Part shown: piece by piece, positions 18,004-27,060 of the stretch
Layout: every line of letters begins with the position of its first letter
Position numbering within the stretch: the first letter of the stretch is position 1
The notes under the pieces: generated by a model
The model's input: only the letters and a program-made list of their open reading frames with translations
Databases searched by the model: none
What the model was told of the DNA's origin: nothing
Made by a program: the position numbers and the translations under genes
Source: an uncultured Acidobacteriota bacterium
Lineage (GTDB): Bacteria; Acidobacteriota; Thermoanaerobaculia; UBA5066
DNA length: 64,000 nt
NCBI GenBank assembly: GCA_963839295.1
Contig: CAWIUK010000010.1
Location: forward strand, 160,101 to 224,100
Reading direction: 5' to 3'

Positions 18004-19387
18004 CGGGCTCGGGCTCGGTTTCCTTCGCGTCGCGCGGGAGCATCCCGTGGCGCTTGAGCATCTCGTTGAGCGTCGTCGGCTTGAGGCCGAGCAGCTCGGC
18101 GGCGCGTTTCTGGACGCCGTTGGCCCGGCCGAGAGCCGCCGCGAGGAGCGCCCGCTCGTACGCGCCGACCGCGTCCTTGAAGTTCAGGCCGTCGGCCGGG
18201 AAGGCGGCCGCGCGCGGGACGGAACGGCGCACGGCGTCCGGCAGCTGGTCGAGGTCGATGACGCCGTGGCCGAGGACGAGGGCGCGCTCGAGGACGTTCT
18301 CGAGCTCGCGCACGTTCCCGGGCCAGTCGTGGTCGAGGAGGGCCTTCATCGCCGCCGGCGTCACGGACGGCACGGCGCGCCCGTTCTCGGCCGCGGCCCG
18401 CGCGAGGAGCGTCTCGACGAGGAGAGGGACGTCGTCCTTGCGTTCGCGCAGCGGCGGCAGGTTCACCGTGATGACGCAGAGCCGGTAGAAGAGGTCCTCG
18501 CGGAAACGCCCCTCGGCGACGGCCTTCGTCAGGTCGGCGTTCGTCGCCGCCAGGACGCGCACGTCGGCGTGGATGGGCTCCACGGCGCCGACGGGTGTGA
18601 ACTCGCGCTCCTGCAGGACGCGCAGCAGCTTCGCCTGCGTCTCGACCGGGACCGTCCCGATCTCGTCGAAGAAGATCGTGCCGCCGTCGGCGGCCTTGAA
18701 GAGCCCCTTCTTGTCCGCGACGGCGCCCGTGAACGAGCCGCGGACGTGGCCGAAGAGGTTCGACTCGAGGAGGTCCGTCGGGAGCGCCCCGGAGTGGACC
18801 GTGATGAACGCCCCGGCGGCCCGCGGCGACAGCCGGTGGAGCGCCTTCGCGACGAGCTCCTTGCCCGTCCCGCTCTCGCCCGTGATGAGGACCGTCGAGC
18901 GCGCGGCCGCCGCCTGGCGCACGGTCTCGAAGACGCGCTCCATCGAGGCCGAGCGGCCGACGAGCTCGCGGAAGCTCCCGGGCGGCTCGAGCTTCGCGCG
19001 CAGGGCGCGGTTCTCGGCGACGAGGCGGCGCTTCTCGAGAGCCTGCTTGACGACGTGGACGACTTCCTCGTTGCGGAACGGCTTCGGGATGTAGTGGAAC
19101 GCGCCCTCGCGCATCGCCGCGATCGCGCTCTCGACCGAGGAATAGGCCGTCACGACGACGACGGGGATCTCCGGATGCCGCGCGCGCACGTCGACGAGGA
19201 CCTCGAGGCCGGGCCGGTCCGGCAGCATGAGGTCGAGGAGGAGGAGGTCGATGGGCTCCCTCTCGAGGCGCGCGAGGCCCTCGGCGGCCGTCGCGGCCTC
19301 GCGCGTCGCGTGCCCCGCCTTCGCGAGGACCGCCCCGAGCACCTCGCGGATGACGGGCTCGTCGTCGAGGATGAGGACCGTGGCCAT
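17990..19387 (-). CDS. Sigma-54-dependent response regulator (NtrC family enhancer-binding protein)
   Basis: 465 aa. Receiver (LILDDE...LLLDLMLPD...KPF), AAA+ core (GESGTGKE, GSFTGA = GAFTGA variant, ESNLFGH), and a C-terminal Fis-type HTH. Confidence 0.93.
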   Translation of the reverse strand: MATVLILDDEPVIREVLGAVLAKAGHATREAATAAEGLARLEREPIDLLLLDLMLPDRPGLEVLVDVRARHPEIPVVVVTAYSSVESAIAAMREGAFHYIPKPFRNEEVVHVVKQALEKRRLVAENRALRAKLEPPGSFRELVGRSASMERVFETVRQAAAARSTVLITGESGTGKELVAKALHRLSPRAAGAFITVHSGALPTDLLESNLFGHVRGSFTGAVADKKGLFKAADGGTIFFDEIGTVPVETQAKLLRVLQEREFTPVGAVEPIHADVRVLAATNADLTKAVAEGRFREDLFYRLCVITVNLPPLRERKDDVPLLVETLLARAAAENGRAVPSVTPAAMKALLDHDWPGNVRELENVLERALVLGHGVIDLDQLPDAVRRSVPRAAAFPADGLNFKDAVGAYERALLAAALGRANGVQKRAAELLGLKPTTLNEMLKRHGMLPRDAKETEPEPASRA

Positions 19388-19390
19388 GCT

Positions 19391-22120
19391 TCAGGTCGCG
19401 GCGGGAAGCGTGACCGTGAAACGGGCGCCGGGCGCCCCGGACGTCGCGGTCAGCGTGCCGCCGTGCGCGCGGATGATATCCCGCGCCATGGACAGGCCGA
19501 GGCCGGTCCCGCCCTGCGCCGTCTTCGTCGAGAAGAACGGCTCGAAGACGCGCGACGCGTCCTCGGGCGCGAGGCCGGGGCCGTTGTCGGTCACGTCGAA
19601 CCGCACGCTCCCTCCGCAGGCCGACACGGCGAGGACGACTTCCGGCGCCGCGGGCCGCGCGGGCCCGGGCGCGGTGACGGACTCGATGCCGTTCTTGACG
19701 AGGTTCACGAGGACCTGCACGAGCGCGTCGCGGTGGCCCGCGACGGCCGGCACGCGCCCCGGGAGCGCGAGGCGCACGGTGGCGCCGCGCGCGGCGCCCT
19801 CGTCCTCGAGCGCGCGCAGGGCCTCCCGCGCGACGTCCCCCGGGTCGAGAGGCGCGATCTCGCGCGGGCGCCCGCGGGCGAGGTCGAGGAGGCTGCCGAC
19901 GAGGCGCGAGGCGCGGAAGGCCTGGCGCTCGATCTTCTCGACGAGGGGCCGGCGCGGGTCGTCGCCCGCCGTCTCGTCGAGGAGGAGGCGCGCGAAGCCC
20001 GCGACGCCCGCAAGAGGCGTGTTCACCTCGTGGGCGACGCCCGCCGAGAGGGTCCCGAGCGCCGTGAGGCGCTCGCGGTCGGCGAGGGCCCGCTCGAGCC
20101 GCGCGGTCTCCGTCGCGTCGACGAGGACGAGGACGCGTGCGTTCGAGCCCTCGGGCGCGCCGGGGAACGGCGACACGGCCACGTTCAGGACGCGGGCGCC
20201 GGAGCCGAGGTCGGCCTCGACGCGCGCGGGCGGGTGCGGGGACGAGAGCGCGGGCGGCAGGACGTCCGCGGCGCGTGCGCCGAGGAGCGAGGCCGCGCTC
20301 CGCCCGAGGAGCGCCGCGAAGGCCGGGTTGACGGACGTGAAGCGCCCGTCGCCGTCCGTCGCCGCGATCGCGGCCGCCGAGCCGGCGACGACGTTCTCGT
20401 GGAACTCCTGGAGGCTCCGGTAGCGGTCGGCCTGCGTCTTGAGCTCGTCGAAGAGCCGCGCGTGGTCGAGGGCGAGCGCCGCCGGAGCGAGAACGGTTTC
20501 CAGGAGCTCGGCGTCGTCGGTCGACAGCGGGACCCGGCCCGCGCGGTCGGCGACCGCGAACAGGGCGAGGAGACGCCCGCTCACCGTGAGGGGCGCGAGC
20601 GTGCGGAAGCCCGCCCGCCTGAGGCGCGCGACCGCGGGCGTCGGGCGCTCCGCGAAATCCTGTCGCGAGAGCCGCGTCGCCCTCAGGCGCGCCGCGGCCG
20701 GAAGCTCGGCGAGCGGCAGGCCGCCGCCGCCGTCCACGGGGCCGCCGTCCGCGGCGTCGCCGGCCACGCCGAGCAGGGCCGCGCGCGGGACGCCGAGGCC
20801 GCGCGTGACGCGGGCGACGAGGAGGTCCGTGAGCTCGCCGAGCGGGCGCGGGGACGGCAGCTCGCGCAGCAGCGCGAGGAGGCCGTTGCGGTCGTGCACG
20901 CCGTCGCGGTACTGGAGCCGCAGGAACGCCGCCGAGAGTCCGCGGCGGACGGGCACGAAGCTCAGGGCCATGAGAAGGCCGGCGGACGTCTGGAGCGCGC
21001 CCCGCGCGTGGGGGACCGCGACCGCGAGCGGGTTCGCGAGGAGCACCTCCGCGAGCGTGAAGAATCCGGCTCCGACGAGGAGCGCGCCCGTGACCGATGC
21101 CGCCTCGCGCCCGAGGACCTCGACGTCCCAGAGCCGGTAGCGCGTCAGCGCCGCCAGGAACGCGGCGGGCACGAGGGCGAGCGGGAGGAGCGCGAGCGTC
21201 GAGAGAATCGGGATCGAGCCGCCGAGGAGGCGGGGCACGAGGTTCAGGACGACGAGAGGGAGCAGGCCGACCGCGGTGCCGAGGAGGAGGAACCGGACCT
21301 GCTTCTCCGTGAGGAGGTCGGTCGGGCGCCGGGAGACGAGAACGAGACGCGCGGCGGCGAGCGCGGCGCCGGCCGCCATCCACGCGATCTGCGCGCGGTC
21401 GAGCGCGGCGACGGCGGACGGCGCGTCGGCGATCGGGCCGAAGTAGACGCGGGCCGTCGCCGCGAGGAGCGCCGCCGCCGGGACGAACGGGAGCCATGCC
21501 CTCACGCGGCGGGCGCGGCGCGGGAACGTGAGGACGAGGGCGAGAAGGAACGCGGGGAAGAGGGCCCGGGCCGCGTCCTCCGCGAGGACCGAGACGCGGT
21601 AGAACCCGTCGAAGGGCGGCGCGGGCGTCAGCGTCAGGACGAGGCCGACGGAGATCGCGAACGCGGCGAAGAGGAGGGCTTCCCGCGAGGGGACCGGCGG
21701 GCGCAGCGTCGCCAGCGCAGAGGCGAGGAACGCTCCACCCACCGCGAAGAGGAACAGGTACCGGAGGTCCCAGGGCGCAGGCGCGGGCGTCGTGCGGAGG
21801 CGCCGCACCGCGCCGCCGCGCAGGAGGACGACGTCGGCGGCCCTGTCCGCGAAGAGCCTCGCGGGCTCGAGGGCCTCGCGGGCGCTCGCCCCGTCCACGA
21901 CGAGGAGGAGGTCCCCGGGCACGAGTCCGGAGGCGGACGCGGTGGGACCGACGCGGTGAACGCGCAGTCCGTCGCCCTCGGGGGCGACGAGGACGTCGGC
22001 GCGGCCGACGGCCTCGGTCTTGCGCACCAGGCACACGGCCGACGGGATGAGGCCCGCGAAGAGAACGGACACGAGCCCGGCGCGCGCCAGCGCGCGTCCC
22101 GTCGAGACGCTCGGATCCAT
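19391..22120 (-). CDS. Multi-pass membrane sensor histidine kinase (PDZ-like, ~10 TM, GAF, PAS, HisKA, HATPase)
   Basis: 909 aa. H-box LGTLSAGVAHEVNTPL, N-box LVNLVKNGIES, G-boxes DNGPGL and GGTGLGLS. The stop lies 3 nt from the ntrC-like start. Confidence 0.9.
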   Translation of the reverse strand: MDPSVSTGRALARAGLVSVLFAGLIPSAVCLVRKTEAVGRADVLVAPEGDGLRVHRVGPTASASGLVPGDLLLVVDGASAREALEPARLFADRAADVVLLRGGAVRRLRTTPAPAPWDLRYLFLFAVGGAFLASALATLRPPVPSREALLFAAFAISVGLVLTLTPAPPFDGFYRVSVLAEDAARALFPAFLLALVLTFPRRARRVRAWLPFVPAAALLAATARVYFGPIADAPSAVAALDRAQIAWMAAGAALAAARLVLVSRRPTDLLTEKQVRFLLLGTAVGLLPLVVLNLVPRLLGGSIPILSTLALLPLALVPAAFLAALTRYRLWDVEVLGREAASVTGALLVGAGFFTLAEVLLANPLAVAVPHARGALQTSAGLLMALSFVPVRRGLSAAFLRLQYRDGVHDRNGLLALLRELPSPRPLGELTDLLVARVTRGLGVPRAALLGVAGDAADGGPVDGGGGLPLAELPAAARLRATRLSRQDFAERPTPAVARLRRAGFRTLAPLTVSGRLLALFAVADRAGRVPLSTDDAELLETVLAPAALALDHARLFDELKTQADRYRSLQEFHENVVAGSAAAIAATDGDGRFTSVNPAFAALLGRSAASLLGARAADVLPPALSSPHPPARVEADLGSGARVLNVAVSPFPGAPEGSNARVLVLVDATETARLERALADRERLTALGTLSAGVAHEVNTPLAGVAGFARLLLDETAGDDPRRPLVEKIERQAFRASRLVGSLLDLARGRPREIAPLDPGDVAREALRALEDEGAARGATVRLALPGRVPAVAGHRDALVQVLVNLVKNGIESVTAPGPARPAAPEVVLAVSACGGSVRFDVTDNGPGLAPEDASRVFEPFFSTKTAQGGTGLGLSMARDIIRAHGGTLTATSGAPGARFTVTLPAAT

Positions 22121-22132
22121 CCCTCCGCCTAC

Positions 22133-22148
22133 AGCAAGGCGAATGCCA
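22133..22148 (-). promoter_or_regulatory. Candidate sigma-54 (-24/-12) promoter of the kinase / NtrC-like operon
   Basis: The minus strand reads TGGCAT-TCGCC-TTGCT, against the consensus TGGCAC-N5-TTGCW. It sits in the 147-nt gap upstream of the kinase gene. Only 12 nt (GTAGGCGGAGGG) separate it from the annotated ATG. Confidence 0.45.
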
Positions 22149-22267
22149 GCGATCCGGTACTTTGAATCACGAAAAACGCTTCTATTCCAGGCAGTTATGG
22201 GATTGCGGCCGCTCCGCTTCCAGGAGGGAAAACGGAATCTTGAACGGGACTATGGGGGAATGGAGGC

Positions 22268-24205
22268 CTAGAAGGAAAGCGCGAGGCCGCCCGCCAGACG
22301 CCGGTCGGTCTTCTCGTCGTCCTCGCCCTGGCGGCGCTTGCCGAACTCGACCGAGAAGAGAGCCCGCCAGTCGCTCCCGATCGCCCGCAGCATGGGGATC
22401 GGAAGACCCTGTGCGAGCGTGACGTCCATCGTGTCGATGTCGTTGCGAAGCGTCATGCCCGACCGGACGAGCGACTGCGTGACCGAGCGGTAGCCGAGGC
22501 CGATCGAGGTGTCCGTCGCGCGCACCCGGAGCGCGGCCTGCGCGACGCCCCAGCTCGCCTCGTCGGAGCCGATGACGCCGTCCCGCGAGCCCGAGAGCAT
22601 CCCCGCGCGCACGGTGACGCGTCCGTCGAACCCACGCCCGAGGCGCGCCGAGACCGTGACCGCCGCGTCCGTGGCGACGTCGTTGGGAAAGAAGTAGAGC
22701 GAGTCGAGCCGGTCGAGGAAGTCCGCGTCGAAGAGCAGACGGTACGTGCCGTTGAGCTCGCGGCGCGAGACGTCGAGCGAGATCTCCTCGCCGTCGTGGT
22801 TCTGCCAGCCGGCGCCCGCGCGGTAGAAGGAACGCGAGAGGCGCGTCAGGTCCGCTTCGTCGGCGCCGGCCTCGCCGGGCCGCACGAACCCGTCCGCGAG
22901 GCTCTCGAAGCGGCGGGACGCGAACCCGTACAGGCGCCAGCCGTCGGGCGTGTGGACCGCGACCGTCAGCTCGGGGGTGACGCCGCGGCCGTAGATCGAG
23001 GTGTCGCCCGTCGCGCCCCCCTCGACGACGAGAACGTCGCCGAGGCGCAGGCCCGCGATGCCGCCCGCGCGCGTCTCGTGCGCGATCGGGACGGTGCTGC
23101 CCGCGTAGTCGGCCGTCGTCGCCCGGTAGCCCACGGACACGCGCGCGTAGCTCGACGTGCCGAGGTCGGTCTGGTAACGGGCCGTCACGTCCACGGCGTC
23201 GGAGTTGCGCGCGAAGAGGTCCGCGGCGGGGCCCGTCGCGAGGAGGTGCGACTGGGTGATCACGCGCGCCGAGACGGCGGCCTGGGCGTTCGGGGAGACG
23301 GAGCCGCTCCAGTCGAGCGCCTGCGCCGAGAAGTGCGCCGGGTCCGTCTCGGCCGTGAGGCTCTGCTGGCGCGTCGAGATGTGGACGGACTGAGAGGAGC
23401 CGGCGTCGACGTCCAGCGCGATGCTCGAGCCGTCGCCCGTCTTCTCGCCCGAGAGGTCCGCGAGGCGCGCGTACTGTCCCGACGCGCCCCACTTCACGCC
23501 CGCGCCGAGAGCGCCCCGGACGTCGAGCTGGGTGCGCGAGAGCGAGGAGGTGCCGAGAGCCCCGAACCCCGCGGTCGTCGTGACGGCGGCGTGGAGCGGC
23601 AGCGCGACGCGCGTGTCGCGCGAAGAGGCGAGGAGCGTGGCCGGCGCCGCGGGAGCGGGCGTCGCGTCGAGCGCCGCCAGGAGTGCGGGCACGTCGCGCA
23701 GGACGTCCCCCGCGACGACCGCGCGGGCGCTCCACGGGTCCAGGGCTCCGTCCGGGGTCTCGGGCAGGACGCCGGTCGGGCGCTCGAGGTCGATGCGCAT
23801 GAACGAGAGCGTTCCGTCGTCGGAGGCCGGCCGATGGAAGAGGCGCGCGACGGCGGGGCGGAAGCCCGGGACGACCGAGAGAACCGTGTAGAGCCCCTCG
23901 GCGGCGTTCGGGATGACGAACGTCCCGTCGGGCTCGCTCTTGATGAGGCGCAGGAACGTCGCCCCGCCTGCCGTCACGCCGCGCACGATGAGCGACGCGC
24001 CGGGCATCGGGCGGCCGTTGGCCCGGACGACGCCGGAAAGGGGAGCGACGACGGCCGCGGGAGCGGCGGGCGGCGCCGCGGCGGCCGCGCGCCCCGGCAA
24101 CGACGCGACCACGAGGCCGGCAAGGAGGGCGGCGGAGGGGCGAATCGTTCGCGGCACGGGGCTACCGGTCCGGGTATCTTCCGCCCGTTTTCTGCGCGGC
24201 GTCAA
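22268..24205 (-). CDS. Outer-membrane beta-barrel protein with N-terminal carboxypeptidase-regulatory-like domain
   Basis: 645 aa. Signal region, then GVVRANGRPMPGASLIVRGV...PDGTFVIPNAAEGLYTV (CarboxypepD_reg-like), then alternating beta-strand-like sequence. Ends with the C-terminal GGLALSF (terminal Phe). Confidence 0.7.
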   Translation of the reverse strand: MTPRRKRAEDTRTGSPVPRTIRPSAALLAGLVVASLPGRAAAAAPPAAPAAVVAPLSGVVRANGRPMPGASLIVRGVTAGGATFLRLIKSEPDGTFVIPNAAEGLYTVLSVVPGFRPAVARLFHRPASDDGTLSFMRIDLERPTGVLPETPDGALDPWSARAVVAGDVLRDVPALLAALDATPAPAAPATLLASSRDTRVALPLHAAVTTTAGFGALGTSSLSRTQLDVRGALGAGVKWGASGQYARLADLSGEKTGDGSSIALDVDAGSSQSVHISTRQQSLTAETDPAHFSAQALDWSGSVSPNAQAAVSARVITQSHLLATGPAADLFARNSDAVDVTARYQTDLGTSSYARVSVGYRATTADYAGSTVPIAHETRAGGIAGLRLGDVLVVEGGATGDTSIYGRGVTPELTVAVHTPDGWRLYGFASRRFESLADGFVRPGEAGADEADLTRLSRSFYRAGAGWQNHDGEEISLDVSRRELNGTYRLLFDADFLDRLDSLYFFPNDVATDAAVTVSARLGRGFDGRVTVRAGMLSGSRDGVIGSDEASWGVAQAALRVRATDTSIGLGYRSVTQSLVRSGMTLRNDIDTMDVTLAQGLPIPMLRAIGSDWRALFSVEFGKRRQGEDDEKTDRRLAGGLALSF

Positions 24206-24230
24206 CGGCCTTTGGAAAGAGTCTCCGTTC

Positions 24231-25142
24231 TCAGGAGGCGGGCGGCCCCAGGCCCGCCATGGACCTCAGGACGTGCCGGGCGATCGAGGGGTTCTCCTTG
24301 AGCCGCCGCGTGGAATAGGCATACCAGTCCCGCCCGTACGGGACGTAGACGCGCAGCCGGTGGCCGGCGTCGAGAAGGCTCTTGCGGAGGACCGGGTCCA
24401 CGCCGAGGAGCATCTGGAACTCGTAGCGGTCCTTCGGGATCCGGAGGCGGTCGATCGTCGCGAGGGCGAGCTGGACGCAGGCCTCGTCGTGCGTCGCGAT
24501 CGCGGCGTACGCGCCGCCGGAGAGCTGCTTGTCCACGAGGGCCGCGAACGCGCGGATGATCGTCTGGCGGTCCTTCCAGGCGATCGTGGCGGGCTCGACG
24601 TAGATGCCCTTGCAGATCCTCACGTTCACGTTCTTCTCGAGGAGGCGTCCGAGGTCGCCGAGACTGCGCCTGAGGTAGGCCTGCAGGACGGCGCCGACGT
24701 CGAAGCGCTCCTTCAGGGCGAGGACGAGCTTCACGGTGGACTCCGTGTACGGGCTGTCCTCCATGTCGAGGCGCACGAACATCCCGTGCGCCTGCGCCCG
24801 GGTGCAGATGGCCGTGCAGTTCTCGAGCGCGAGCGCGGGGTCGATCGCGAGGCCGACGGCGGTCGGTTTCACGGAGACGTTCGCGGAGAGGCCCGACGCG
24901 GCGATCGCGTCGATCGTCTTCAGGTACTGCTCGCGCGTGGCGACCGTCTGGTCCGGGTGTGTGACGCTCTCGCCGAGGACGTCCACGGTCCCCATGGCGC
25001 CCTCGGCGGCGAGGCGGCGCATCGTGTCGAGCGCGGACTCGAGCGTGTCGCCCGCGACGTAGCGCGAGGCGACCTGTTTGACGATCGCCTTCGGGACGAG
25101 CGGAAGCGTCGTGACGACGAGACGGTCGAAGAGTGCGGTCAT
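24231..25142 (-). CDS. Proline dehydrogenase (monofunctional PRODH)
   Basis: 303 aa. Motifs SVKPTAVG, VRLDMEDS, AVLQAYLRRS, RICKGIY, ATHDE and YEFQMLLG are typical of the PutA PRODH barrel. Confidence 0.9.
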   Translation of the reverse strand: MTALFDRLVVTTLPLVPKAIVKQVASRYVAGDTLESALDTMRRLAAEGAMGTVDVLGESVTHPDQTVATREQYLKTIDAIAASGLSANVSVKPTAVGLAIDPALALENCTAICTRAQAHGMFVRLDMEDSPYTESTVKLVLALKERFDVGAVLQAYLRRSLGDLGRLLEKNVNVRICKGIYVEPATIAWKDRQTIIRAFAALVDKQLSGGAYAAIATHDEACVQLALATIDRLRIPKDRYEFQMLLGVDPVLRKSLLDAGHRLRVYVPYGRDWYAYSTRRLKENPSIARHVLRSMAGLGPPAS

Positions 25143-25942
25143 GAAGGCTCCGGTTCCGGCGTGCGGGCGAGGACGAGCCCGCGGATCTCGGCGGCGCCCG
25201 CGCGAGCGAGCGCGCCTGCGGCGGAAAAAAGGGTGGCGCCCGTGGTCGCGACGTCGTCCACGAGGACGAGGACGCGGCCCCGCGCGGATTCCGACGCGGC
25301 GAACGCTCCGTCGACGTTCGCGCGCCGGCGCGCTGCAGGCAGTTCAAACTGGGGCTGCGTGTCCCGCGTGCGCGCGAGGAGACCCCGGGCGGGAAGGTGC
25401 AGGCGGCGCGCCGCGGACTCCGCGAGGAGGGCCGCGGGGTCGTAGCCGCGCGCGCGGTTGCGCCGCGGCGTCGAGGGCACCGGGACGAGGGCGTCGGCGC
25501 CCTCCGCGAGACCCGCGGCGCGGGCCGCGTCGGCGAGGCGGGCGCCGCAGGGTGCGGCGAGGAGGTCCCAGCCCCGGAACTTGAAGGCGTGGAGGAGCGT
25601 CTTCAGGCCGTCCGCATAGAGACCGAAGGCGGCGCTCCGCGCGACGGGCGGCGGCTCGCGCCGGCAGGAGGCGCAGGGACCGCCGTCGCCGGGCAGCGCG
25701 CAGCGCGGGCACGCGGCGTCCGGGGCGAGCCGGGGCAGGGCGGCCCAGCACGCGGGGCAAACGCCTCCTCCGCCGGTCTCCAGGCGGGGCGCGTCGCACA
25801 CGGCGCAGCGCGAGGGCACGAGCAACGCGAGGAGGGAGGCGATTGCGGGCGCGCCGGGGAGAAGGCGAGGCGGCTCCGGACCGGGCACGGCGCCGATTCT
25901 AGACGAGCGAGAAGCGGCGTCCGTATGATCGGCATGCCTCAT
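25139..25942 (-). CDS. ComF family protein (phosphoribosyltransferase domain)
   Basis: Trimmed from ORF 25139..26554 to ATG 25942. N-terminal Cys clusters (CAVC...CPACW...CPRC...CASC) and PRTase motif VLVLVDDVATTGATL. The ATGA overlaps the PRODH start. The start codon is uncertain. Confidence 0.78.
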   Translation of the reverse strand: MRHADHTDAASRSSRIGAVPGPEPPRLLPGAPAIASLLALLVPSRCAVCDAPRLETGGGGVCPACWAALPRLAPDAACPRCALPGDGGPCASCRREPPPVARSAAFGLYADGLKTLLHAFKFRGWDLLAAPCGARLADAARAAGLAEGADALVPVPSTPRRNRARGYDPAALLAESAARRLHLPARGLLARTRDTQPQFELPAARRRANVDGAFAASESARGRVLVLVDDVATTGATLFSAAGALARAGAAEIRGLVLARTPEPEPS

Positions 25943-25966
25943 TGCGTTGACGTATCCTCGCGCTCG

Positions 25967-26560
25967 ATGCGCAGGCTTTTTCTCTCCGCCGCCGGGCTCG
26001 TCCTCCTCGCCGCCGCGTCCTCCGCACGGGCCCAGATCGGGCCGCCGCGATCGATGAATTACCCGTTCGCGGTCGGCGCGGGAGGGGAGTGGGTCACGGA
26101 CACCGGCCAGGCCTCCGACGTCACGTCGTTCTCGAGCGGGGGCTACCATTTCTTCGCCGAGGTCGTCCTCGAGCAGGGCGTCTTCCTCCAGTTCCGCTAC
26201 ATGAACTTCTCGCTCCCGGGCACGCCGGTGGTCCCCCCGTTCGCGGCGCCGACGTCGGCGCCCGACGTCCGCGTGAACGCGGGCCTCGCGTCGGTCGGCT
26301 ACCTTTTCCGCGAGCCGTGGTGGGACGCGGGCTTCTTCGGCGGCGTCGGCGTCTACGCGCTGGACCCGAGGCCGCCCACGGGCGACCAGACCTCGACGGA
26401 CGTGAGGGAGACCGTGCTCGGCTGGCACGCCGGCCTCGTCACGTCGTTCCACGTCGCGCAGCGCTGGGACGTGCGCCTCGAGGCCACGGGCTACCTCCTG
26501 CGCACGGACGCGAACCACAAGCCGATCACCCTGGGCGGGTCTGTGGCTTATCACTTCTGA
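25967..26560 (+). CDS. Small outer-membrane beta-barrel protein (OmpW/OmpA-barrel-like)
   Basis: Real part of ORF 25397..26560, from ATG 25967: MRRLFLSAAGLVLLAAASSARAQ (signal peptide). Aromatic-rich alternating strands and a C-terminal GGSVAYHF. Confidence 0.7.
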   Translation: MRRLFLSAAGLVLLAAASSARAQIGPPRSMNYPFAVGAGGEWVTDTGQASDVTSFSSGGYHFFAEVVLEQGVFLQFRYMNFSLPGTPVVPPFAAPTSAPDVRVNAGLASVGYLFREPWWDAGFFGGVGVYALDPRPPTGDQTSTDVRETVLGWHAGLVTSFHVAQRWDVRLEATGYLLRTDANHKPITLGGSVAYHF

Positions 26561-26595
26561 GACGAAGAGAAGAATCTCTTAGAAGGCAAGAGAGT

Positions 26596-26812
26596 TGGGA
26601 GCCCTCCCGCTGCGAGGTTAGAGGGGGGCAGAGGGGGGAGCGAGACAGCCTCTCACCCGAAGTCCGTTCCTTCTACGCTCCCCCCGTACAAAGGTGGGCT
26701 CCCACCCGACCTTGCGGTCGGGCGGGGATTGCGGCGGTGGGATGGACTAACTGAGGGTTACTGTGTGGAGGGAAGAAAGTGTGGAGGGCCCGTCGGCCGG
26801 AAGGCCGCCGGG
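26596..26812. ncRNA. Candidate structured RNA / structured intergenic element (unclassified)
   Basis: Lies within a 500-nt non-coding gap between convergent genes. Nested stems: TGGGAGCCC (26596-26604) with GGGCTCCCA (26696-26704), and GGGGGGAGCG (26633-26642) with CGCTCCCCCC (26676-26685). Then hairpin CCCGACC-TTGC-GGTCGGG (26705-26722) and hairpin 26789-26812 with a GGAA loop. The strand is unknown. Confidence 0.25.
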
Positions 26813-26950
26813 AAATAGGGAGGAAGTGAAGACCGGCGTTTTCATTTGACTTTGCATCGAATGCCCGTTTCGATCTCCTGCCCAGGTATACGCAAGCGCG
26901 ATGCCTCTGGTTTACTTCTCGAGCGTTTAGCCCCCAAACGTCTTACCTGC

Positions 26951-26964
26951 AATACTTAAGTATT
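26951..26964. promoter_or_regulatory. Perfect 14-nt AT-rich palindrome (possible protein-binding site)
   Basis: AATACTTAAGTATT is its own reverse complement. It lies in the lowest-GC stretch of the window, about 100 nt downstream of the Lrp gene stop. Confidence 0.3.
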
Positions 26965-27060
26965 ACGCGACGCATAATCACGTGTCGGACCGGCACTCCG
27001 AAACGCGCCTTCCAGGGGACGATTTGGTGCGAAATCGACACCCGGGCGTGAGACGTTGTC

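Noticed and set aside
18000-22165. Very long ORFs 18000..22034 (-, 1344 aa) and 18047..22165 (+, 1372 aa)
   Set aside because: Their translations are Arg/Pro/Gly/Ala or Arg/Glu/Asp-dominated nonsense with no motifs. They overlap the well-supported NtrC-like and histidine-kinase genes, which have clear motifs in another frame. These are typical off-frame shadows in 70% GC DNA.
26761-26812. Possible RNase P RNA (GGAAGAAAGTGTGGAGGGCC) or SRP RNA (GGAA-loop hairpin)
   Set aside because: The resemblance is only superficial. The conserved GAGGAAAGTCCGGGC (RNase P P4) and GGTCCGGAAGGAAGCAGCC (SRP domain IV) strings are not present. No tmRNA, tRNA-like or 6S hallmarks were recognised either.
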